From Lingula anatina (Eukaryota > Animalia > Brachiopoda), in NCBI GenBank assembly GCA_051362555.1, contig CM120641.1:34912401-34976400 (forward strand): a stretch of 64,000 bases of DNA, written 5' to 3'. The notes under the pieces are model-generated. The model was given only the letters and a program-made list of their open reading frames with translations. It made no database searches and was not told the origin of the DNA. The position numbers were made by a program, and so were the translations under genes. This document shows positions 29,901 to 41,500 of the stretch, one piece after another. How positions within the stretch are numbered: the first letter of the stretch is position 1; each line of letters starts with the position of its first letter.

Positions 29901-32900
29901 GTCATAAACTCATATATAGTATCTCACCTGACATAAAATGTGTTCCAGATGACCGTCTTCATGACTTCGTAATATCTGTGAGTGATGAGTTTGACATCGA
30001 CAGAGGACATAACTCTAGTACTTGGACCTGGTGTTCTAACTTTACTGGAACATGGCCTGGAGGGGGAGCCACTGACACTTTTAACTGTGCCAGTCCACTA
30101 GCAGGCAGATATGTCTCCATTCAGATAGAAGGAAACAATGAAATTATGAATCTGTGTGAAATACAAGTGAAAGGAGATGATAATAGTGGTAAAGAATTCA
30201 GTCTGTTTAGATATTAGGCCACACTTTTTTATTTTTATGGATGACATCCTGTGCGCGCACCAATTTTCGTCCGTTCTCCGAAAAGAAAAATCACCCCCAA
30301 CAAAGTCGGTTGTCGCAAACGTCGTTATTGAATTTGCTGGAAAATGAGCTTTCTGCATATGTGTGTTATCACCACATGGATATATGGCCCCTTTGCTGTC
30401 AAATTCATCTCTGGGATTACTTTCAAATTACAGGACAATTAAAGTTAGAATGGGGCCCTTTTTTTTCGGATTGGTATGCCATTGATATTGGGCATGGAGA
30501 TATCACCTTTTTACAATTATACTAGCAGCTGCCAGCGATTATCGCCCGGAAAATTTCAGTGACGTTCTGTCCAAAGCAGCACATACCAGTTTTTTTTTGT
30601 AGCAAAAATAGGGTCGACAAGAGCGGCGAGGTGTTTGGTGGACTGAAGGTTGGACAGGCCACCCAACCGTTTGGCTGCTTCGTGAAGTAGACAAAATGGC
30701 ATCGACTGAAATCACCTTAGATAGATTTGGTAATATGCAGCATATCTGTTCATGACTTTTTTTACCTTTCTACAAAGTATTCACAGTGCTTTAATATTTT
30801 GAGAGCATGGATAAAGACATATTAATGTTAGTTTAATACGTGTTTCTGTGGTAAATTTGTGCATTTCTTTACTTAAGCAGTATTTTTTTTGGCCTTTTTT
30901 TTTTTTTTTTGGCCCTCTCGCACCAATTTCGGGTCCCCAGAGGATGTCATCCATAAAAATAAAAAAGTGTGGCCTTAGTATGGAATAATACTAGCACGTA
31001 AACTAAAGGTTTTGATTTACAAAAGTTTTTCCATTAGAAATATTATAATAATCGATGCTTGTCAGTAATTCACATTTTCACCGTACTACAAGGTAGGATG
31101 GGAAATTGTTTTTTTTTTATTTTGAATGCATTTGATTGCTTTATTTTATTGTTGTCTAACATATCTGCCCCACCATCTGCAGGTCTACCATACGAAACAA
31201 GCTGTGACTTTGAGAACTCCACCATTTGCAACTTTAATCAGCTCACATCAGATCAGTTTGACTGGACTTTGAAGAGCGGATCCACTCCTACTGCAAGCAC
31301 TGGACCTTCTGCTGACCCTATAACAAAAGAAGGAATAGGACATTACTTGTATATTGAAGTAGATGGTCAAGTATGTAAAGTGCACCAAATTTATTATGCA
31401 TTAATTAATTAATTAATATGAGATAAAAAAAATTCTTAGAAAATCTAGATGTTGGCTGCATTTCTAGTCTGGAACTGGCATCTGTTTGGTACATGTAATA
31501 CAAGTTAGGAGAAAATTCTACAATATAGCTGATTTATTAAAAATACATAATATGTACTAATCCAACTTTTAGTCAAATGGTGCCATAGCTGCTTTGGAAA
31601 CTCCAGATCTTGAGGTTCATCAGTGTGGATTAGTGACTTTGAGATTCTGGGCACACATCTATGGTGGTGATGTCAATGCACTGACTGTAATATTACTTGA
31701 AAAAGAATCTGGACAATCGACTTTTAACAGAAATATGAAACTTTTCCATCTAAATGAGGTCCGGAATGCATGGAAGGAACATACATGGATCCTACAACCA
31801 TCTGGAATTACTCATTTTAAAGTATGTTCGTCTGCCTGCCTGTCTTATATTTCCATCTGTATGTCTCTCTGTCTGGAAACTTGTTTGTCTGGCTAATGCT
31901 TGTCAAATATATATATGTTCCAGAATCCATTTGATCTACCGTCCATATCCATTTAATTTCTTTTGTAAACTTTCACAACCTTAATAGTGCTTTTGCAAAT
32001 AGAGTGATCCTATTTATGAAACAAAACAAAATAGTTAAGAAACTCACTGAAATTAGATGTTTTTCTTATTTGCTTATATAGATATTCTAAACCTTCATAT
32101 TATTAAAAACAAGCAAAATATTTTTCATCTCTTTGAATGTGTATATATTTCTTTCAAGGCTTGATACATGTATATAGAACAGTTTTTATGTCCCCTCCTA
32201 ATTGGATACCAAAGTTCTTGTAAATTAATTGTATTACAAAAGGTAAATGTAAAACTAAACATCCACATTCTTTTTGTAGATTCAGTTTAATGGTATTGCT
32301 GGATCTGGAACTGGTGGAGATATAGCTATTGATGGTATTAGAGTGATTCAGGTGCCTGGCAACTGTATAGAAGGTATGCTAAAGTAGAGCATATTGTAAC
32401 TTTTTTCTGTGTTTGTGTGTGTACTGAGTAAAGTTGTTAGAGCCTTTAATTTGTTTATTTAAATGTGTTCCTTAATATTTTGGCTTAAATTTTTCTATGA
32501 CCTATTTTTGTGCAGATTTTAAATTATCTTGATCCTCAAAGTGGACGGGGGTTTAAAAACCTGCATTTTTGCCTTAATTGCCACAAAACATGAAGCTGGA
32601 CATGAATATGTATATGGGGGCAGTGGCAATAGTCTGAAGGTTTAATAGTCCGAAGGTTCATTGGTCCGAATGTTCATTATAGATCCTTCGGACCAACAAA
32701 ACCTTGATTAAAAAACTGATGAAAATGCTACAATTTTTCGGACCAGTGAGCCTTTGGACTATCGAGACGCCCCCTGTATATGTATCTTATAGGTATATGC
32801 TTCATTTATTGACAAAGATTATGGTTATGTGTTATATTTCAGTAATATTTTAAAGATGATTGTCTGGCAGTTATCAAAAGCCCAAACCATGAATAATAAT

Positions 32901-34171
32901 AACTCAAATAGTCTGAGGTTGAAAACAAATGAAGGCAAACCACTCTTGTCTTAATTGGGAGGTCCAGATCACCTTTCGCATAATCATTGATGACTGCCTC
33001 AGTCATTAGTTTATATGATCAGTTATTTTAACTGCATATTTGATGGTCTTCCATTATAGTTGTGTCCACCCCAGCATCCTTTCAATTTGACAGTGATAAC
33101 TGTGGTTTCACACAGGATAAAGATGAAGAGTTGGAGTGGACTCTTTATAAGAGAGAGGCTCCAGGGAGGAGTAGCACTGGGCCACAGGCAGACCGCACGG
33201 GGAATGATGGATTTTACTACCTGCTGGAGCCCAGATATCAGGTACATGTGCTACCTCTCTGGTAATGTATTTGACGGGGATCTGGGGGGGGGGCAGGCAT
33301 AAGGGGGAGGGCAGCATAATTAACATCTTTGAAAACCGTACCACCAATGTGATGCATTCCTTCTCAAGTGATCACACAAGCTCTTAAATGATTTTATGTA
33401 TTTTGAGACTGTTTCAAATCATACATAAATAAAATAATTAAGTTAAAATTCTGTACTGGTTGGAATAAATATGTAACAGTTAACAATTTAATTTTGCAGA
33501 CTGCTTCTTCACAAGCCATAGCAAGGATAAGATCCCCATGGATAAACATTTCCCAGGAACACTGCCAGGCCACTGTAAGCTTTGAGTACCATGCATTTGG
33601 ATCTCATTTGGTGACTTTCAATGTGAAATACCAGATAAATGGCAGCAGCCAGGTATATACAGCATGGAGTCATGACGGCAGTAGTCAAGATCAGTGGAGA
33701 CATGTGGATGTCCTCCTAAACACTACGGAGAGGTTCCAAGTAAGAGAGCATTTGGTTTAAACCAGCTTGATATGGTGAATTTTGATAATTCACAATGTTG
33801 AAATTTTGTTATGGTGATGAAATATATATCACATCTATCAAATATCCTCCTTGGATTGCATGATTGGCATCAGAACATAGTGTAGATTTTTGTCACTAAT
33901 ATCTGTCATAATTTCAGGTCATATTTGAAGGAATAAAAGCATCAGGTGCCACGGTGGATGACAGCTCTATTGCTATTGATGACATAACAATAACAAATGC
34001 AGCCTGTGGTATGTCGGTTGTGAACAATTCATCTCGGGGGGAAAATAATAGGAGAATATATTTTATCTAGTTTCGGAGCCAGTTTCTTTACAACCCTGAA
34101 AATATTTCTGTTGATTTTTACTCCTGGCACTTTTAATTACTTCTTCAACATTGGTAACAGCTAGAATTTTA

Positions 34172-34245
<74 letters not shown>

Positions 34246-35658
34246 TTAAACTGAGAATGTTTAGTATCTTTGAAAAGACCGGCCTGTATATTCTTTTAAA
34301 ACAAGTGGCAATCAATGCTTTTTTTCAGGCTGCACACCTCCACCCAATGGTACCATGGCCTCTTACAGCCCAGTGAAAACCCACTATAGGAACTCAGAGG
34401 AGGTTCAGTACACTTGTGATGCTGGTTATTCACAGAGTGCAGGGAATATAAGCTTTACCTGTGGAGTGACTGGACAGTGGACAGGAGGGGCACCATTGGA
34501 GTGTGACCGTAAGTGAAATATCTGATTCTTATGGTTGAAACTGAAATTTTGTTTAGGAATAATTATCCCCATTAAGTAAACAAACATTTCCTAACAAGTT
34601 CCAAGTATTTCATGTAGATAAATGTTTAAGATAATTAGATATTATGATTTACAATATTTTGTAACCTCCATAAGGGCCATTATTATTTGGAATATTTTGA
34701 TGATATACTCTAGGATGTAATGACCCTGGTGAAGGGGTGAATGCCACAAAAACAGTGGGGGGATATCAGATAGGAGGCGATGTCACATATGGTTGTTTCC
34801 AAGGCTACGATGTTGTCAATGGATCTCTAAGACTCACATGCCAGGCAAACTTTACTTGGGATGGATATCCACCAACATGTGCATGTATGTCAATCATTTT
34901 AGAGACTTAAATTTAAGTGTCACCCTTTTTTCTTTATCAGAACCTCAGAATTAAGAGAAACTATTCAAATATTAAGATGTATGAAATGGCAAAAACTGTT
35001 TTGATGATATGGTAAAAAAGAGCACTGTAGTGAACAAAATTCTCTTCTTGGTACATAGTTGTCCATAGTATTACAGAGATATTTCTGTATATGCTTTGTC
35101 TAGTAAGATTTATTGTAGTGAAATATGTTTTTTTTCCTCTCCAGACCTGGCAGATAAAACACAGTGCACCAGTCCTTGGGGTTATGGGTACTGGGGCAAC
35201 TGCTTTATCATCAATTCAACAGAAGTATCTCCATCTGAAGCCAGAAGGAAATGTTTGGAAGTTGGTGGCTACATAGCTGTGCCTACAGACACTGGCATAA
35301 AGAGTCATCTTCAGAATGTCCTCTCCACATTACCACAGTACTCATCAATTTCAAAATGGCTGGTTGGCTTACACGATCCATATTCTTTAAATGTTTATCG
35401 CAGTGTTGATGGCTCCTTCGTAGATGTTACAGGTATCATGGATTCCAATGAACCATCTGATGTTTGGAGCCAATTCATGGTTATGTCACAGGGTAGTGGA
35501 TATTTACTGCAGGATTTTAATGACACGGCTTCCTCTTTTATCTGTCAAAAGAATTATGGTAAGTTCTTATGGAAAAAAATAAGCAATCAATCTATAATAT
35601 TTAGTTACACTTGATCAGTTAGAAAAAAATACAAATTTAAACTAATAAAAGCTATTTG

Positions 35659-35725
<67 letters not shown>

Positions 35726-37115
35726 AAAACTATGTATAAAAATTACAAAATATTAATCCTTTTGTTAAGATTTTACTTTGTTACTTGCTTCTTGTCAGAA
35801 TGAGACTTCCGTAAATATAGGTTTCAGATAATTAATCCATTGCTCTTTATTTTCAAGGATACCTTGGATGCTACCAGAAACCAACAACCTCTAAAGCAGA
35901 AGTAACCAGTGATAAACACATGTCAGCATTACAGTGTATAGAGTACTGTCGGGGACTTGATTACCCTATAGTTGCTGTGTCCCTCACTCACTGCTATTGT
36001 AGAACAAGCTATAATGATTTAGCAAAAGCAGATGAAATGATGTGTGAGCAGACGTGCACTGGGAATTCCCTGGAAAACTGTGGCGGTGCCAATCATGCCC
36101 TTTTGTTTATAGGCCGTAAGTATTGATGGCAGATACAATGTACATGTACCTTTAGTTTGAGAAGGATAAGAAGGAATTATATTTTCCTTTGTTTTTGTGG
36201 TAAAACAAAAAGAAATGTGTCTAAATTTCACTGAATTTCATTGAACTGGGCAAACTTATTTTTAATCATTTATCATACTTAGGTGTTTTTTAAAGGAACA
36301 GGTAAACAACCAATTTTAATTAGTTGTTAAAACATTCATAAGATTATTCATTGATTTTGCCAAGATAGCAGTGTTATTGCATTGGTGTTATATTTTTTCA
36401 TTTCCCCAGCAATGTATCACTTGCGAGCATTAACTTGTGAATCTCTAAAAAGTCAAGGTGTGGTTCTTCCTGGTAAATACTGGATACGCCCTGATGGGAA
36501 AGAGGTTTCTTTGAGGGTGGAATGCTTCATGGGTATGTGTGGAACATAAAAAAAAAACATGCTTGAAATATATTCTGAAACTTTGTGATTGCTGTCAATG
36601 AATATAAAGTTTATACAACTTGTTAAATACTATTATAATGTTTAGATTGGAGTATCTGTCATTTTAGAAATTATGTATTGGCCTACATTTATCATCAGTA
36701 TAATCTATAAAACCCTTTTCCCATACACACCTTTAGGCTAGTCGTAGGTAGATCAATCAAACTCTGTGGGGACTCAAGTTGAGTGCAATCAGCTTAACTG
36801 AACGACATGCCTCCTGGCATTTAGAAAAATACAGAAACGCTGGTGATTATAGAACGTTGGAAAGGAGAGGAGGCATGTCACTCAGTTAAGCTGATTGCAC
36901 TATTTAAACAATCCGACAGAAATGTATTGGTCTATGCAGACCAATAGTGTGTATGTGATGGGGTCTAAGACAGACCTTGATTTTCCTGATTTACCTTTAT
37001 CTTAATTAGAACCCTGCAGTGAGTCTCTGTTGTCATCCAGTCAAGTAGAAGTGTCATCAGAAGCAGCAGCAGCCAACTTTCAAAAACAAAACATTAAGTA
37101 AGATTTGTTTACATA

Positions 37116-37153
<38 letters not shown>

Positions 37154-38525
37154 TTATAGTATATGTAGTAAATGAAAACATACATCTTCAGACTTAGCAG
37201 TGTGATTCCCACCCCCTTTCTTGCTGGGTAAAACTTATTGCAAATCTATAGATTAATTTTTTTCATGTAGATCTTAATCAATTTTCTTCAAATTGTATGA
37301 ATTTTTTTATGGAACATATGTAGAAAACAGGTTTTTATAAATGGTTTCTGATATACTTTTCCAGTCTTTATGATGAAGGTGCATGGGCTCCAAATACTTC
37401 TGATAGTGCCCCCTGGGTCAAGCTCACCTTTAATACCAGGCGTATTGTAACTGGGATTATCACACAAGGTAGGGTAACAGTAATGTTTTTCATAACAGGT
37501 AATAACTATAAAGATGATTAACTTTTGTGCTGTTGGGGAGACAATTTGGAAGGGTAGTTTGTGCTTTAATTTGAGAAAGTGAGGATGAGAGAGAGAGAGA
37601 GAGAGAGAGAGCAGGACGTAAGGATGGGAGGACGGGATAGTGGGGAGGAGATGAGATGCATAGAAAGCTAAAAACATAAATTTTCTCTGCTCTTAGGAGG
37701 GTATACCACACAGTCTACTTCAACAAACTGGATAACACGGTACAGAGTTTCTTACAATGATGAAAAGGGGTGGCACAACTATTCTTCCAATGGAACTCTG
37801 GAGGTATGGAGAGACATGTAACAATGACATTTGTACTTTTATAACATCTATTCTGAGACTCATAAAAAATGTTTATATTACCATATAAGTCTGAGTTGTT
37901 TTTGAAATCTACCATAATTGGCTTGTTAAGTGTTTGTGTTATCAAGAAATTACAGTGCATATAAGACCCCATTTCCAGAGATAAGTTCGATCTACTTTAG
38001 ATCGACCTAACTCCCTAGGGGTTCACGCTAAATAGCTGTCAGCCGAGCGGACACGAAAGTTAATTACCCCCTTACAGCTTGTAGTAAGCAGGACGGACAT
38101 TTAAGCCGGATTATCTGACAGTAATCTAGTGAGACTCCCCGCGGGGACAGGTCGATCTAAAAGCTCTGGGAATACAGCCTAAGTGTATATCTTAAAAATT
38201 TAACAGTGTCTGGGTATCTTACTGTTGAACATTAAGAACAACTGTTTTGCATATTCCTCACCTTAAGTGTAATATTTCAGCTGTCAGGGAACACTGATTG
38301 GAATGGCCTGGTTACACAGTATATGCAACCACCATTCATAGCAGATGCCATAAGTATACATCTTCTGGCCTGGAATGGGAGACCTGAATTGCGCTTAGAA
38401 GTACTTGGATGCTCCATTCAATCATTGGATGGTAGGTTGTTAATTTGTGCTTTTCACATACTAATATTTTGTTATACAAAAGGTCTAGTATTGTAAGTGC
38501 CATATTTAATTCATATTTTTGCTTA

Positions 38526-38591
<66 letters not shown>

Positions 38592-41500
38592 CTAAGCTTG
38601 TAAATTAACTGTTGAGACTCTTTATTGATAATTGTAAGTAATGGGTATCTATATCAACAAAAAACAGAACTCAATTTTTGCCAAACATAATGTAATCAGA
38701 TATAATCACAGGCTCTGCATATTATCATCTTATTTATTTTGACTGTAGTTTATTATAAATATATGCTTTATTCATACATACTGCACCAGACTGATCGAGC
38801 TTGTGAAAATGTACATAGATAAAGTATTATAATAATAATAATAAAATACATAGATAAATTACATATATAGAAATGTACCATTGTTACAACCACATGATTT
38901 ATAATTATAATCACATCCTTCTGATAGGAGATATAAATCATAATTTTACTATTTTGATTTAGATAACGATAATTATGTTGGATGCTACATAGAGTCTAGT
39001 GGTGCTTTGTCAGAAATGCCTGTTTCTGCTGGTACTGTCACAACAGCAGATGAATGCATCAATAACTGCAGGAACCTAGATATGATCTATGCTGGAATCA
39101 GTGTTGGTGAGTTTCTTTGGTGTCCATGGTTGAGAATTTCATTATGACATTTCAGTTTATCAAAGGTTTTTGAAACATTAAAAAGATGATTTAAATCATA
39201 AAAAATATGTTGGAATTCATAAGCAGAAGATTTTTCTTTACAGATAATGTTCAAAATAATTTCTATTTGACAATGTGACATTTTCTAGGGAATTGTTCCT
39301 GTAGCAACAGCCTTGGCAGAATTGGTAAACTCAAGAAATCCAGCTACTGTCAGCAAAGATGTAGTGGTAACACCAATCAGTATTGTGGTGATGAGGGAAT
39401 GCTATCAGTGTACAGAGTATGGGGTAGGTATTCTAAATCAGAAAACGGCAGGTACTCGGTTGAAAATAGGGGAAAGGCCTTTTGGACACTAGTGAATTTG
39501 AATATATAATAAAGTGGAATGTGTCATTTTAATGGGTGTTGTGTAAAAAGTTTCAAAGAAGACAAGTTTTGATGCAGTTTAAATTTTACCCCTTATTTTA
39601 CAATATTTAGACTTTAAGGAATATATTTTCCAACTTTCAGGCAGGGTTTTTTTTCACATGAAATATGTGACATTGATGGACAAAAAGGTGTATTCAAGAT
39701 AATTAAAATTCTCTGACATTTTTGCCAGTCATTTTATTTAGCTTTGTTTTTTTAATGATGTTTTTTCTAATTTTTAAGCAATTGAACAGAAACTGTTTTT
39801 ATCTCCTATCCTTCCCATCCTATACAACTTATACAAGTAATGATTATGTGTCCTTCAGCTGGATTGTCAGTCAAACTCTGTTGACAGAATTATGTATGGC
39901 CATCTCCTTCAGTTTTCAGTCAACTTCCAAGGAAGTTCTACACACAGGATAACCCCAAAATGTGTTTGTACATACATGTATCTGTTTATTTATACTTTAG
40001 ACTCTTACAAAGTACAATGATCATCCATGTGGCTTTAAAAACCTATATTGCAGATTCTCAATGCCCTCCCATTCCACAAGTATCTCACGCCAGATCAAAC
40101 AGCACTTCCAGAACCCATGGTTCTGTGGTTGGGTATCAGTGTGATACTGGATATATGTTTCCATCTGATGCAGAGAACATAACAGCAATACAATGTGCAC
40201 AGGCACAGTGGACACAGACACCCCCAGATTGCCAGGGTAAGTCCTTTTTTTTTTAAGAGAAACGACCAGTACAGGGGTGGGCTGAGCTGCTTGAGACATT
40301 CTGATTTGCTAATAATTTAAAGTAAAAGTTTAATTTGTGTTAACTTTGTATTTCATGATAACAACCATTTTGACTGTTTAAGATACACTACATATGAGAG
40401 GAAAAAAAACTTTTTTGGAGTGGACCATTTTCCTTATGATGGTTATTACAACTTTGATATTTTCAAAACAATTGGATGAATTTCTCCTTTGAAGATAGCA
40501 AGTAAATTCCATTAAAATAAACCGGAGGGATATTACAATGAATGTCTTATTCAATTTTAGTTGTGAATTGCACAACCTCGCCACCATCAGTTGCAAACAG
40601 CACCAGTGTGCAAGGAGGCATCAGATATGGGAGTCGTGTGAACTACACTTGTTATAATGGATATCAGCTTCCAAATGGAGCCATATTCACACAGAGCACC
40701 TGTCAGGCTGATGGGACATGGACCAATATTTTGGTACACTGTGAGCGTAAGTATACATTTGTTATACCAAGGGCACAAGGGCTATACATATGTCTTACTA
40801 ATTACCTGGGGTGGACAGTCGTACACTCCTTTTTCTGGACTCCAACAAACCTAAAGGCATCCTGCTGAGCTAGAATTTCACATTTTGTAAAAAAAATGGT
40901 GAAATAGCTCAGTGTCTTTCTGCCGGAATATGTAACCTGACTGTTTGATACATAAACAAATTAATTTGACGAATAGCTTCTTTAAAGAGGTTTAGTGGGG
41001 TCAGTGGTGCATCAGACAAGTATGTCTCAGGATGATTAATTCATATATGGTGTAACTGCAATTTATAGCAATTTTAATAAATTAATTTGTTTTGGTAAAT
41101 GCTAGCAAAACCAAAAGTGTTTGCTCTCCTCACTTTTTACCATATCAGGGATAACAAATTTCTTGACAAAATTGATGGGAATAGGCTGGCAAGATGAATA
41201 ATAAATAAATATTACGAAATTACCCTTTCACAGCCAAGCATTGTGGCAGCAGGCCCTCAGTGACGAATGCGTTAGTTGTGCTTGATGAAGGCACAGTTGT
41301 CACATCCAGAATCAGCTACCACTGCAATCCTGGCTACCAGATAGAAGGTTCTGATGGCTTGGTACAGGAGGTCACTTGTTCTCTGGAGGCCCAGTGGAAC
41401 ACCACTGCACTGGAAAATTGCACAGGTTTTCTTAAAACTTTACTGTCCTGAATGATGCTTTTTGATCACCAAACTTAATGTAAAAGAACAGAGATATTCT

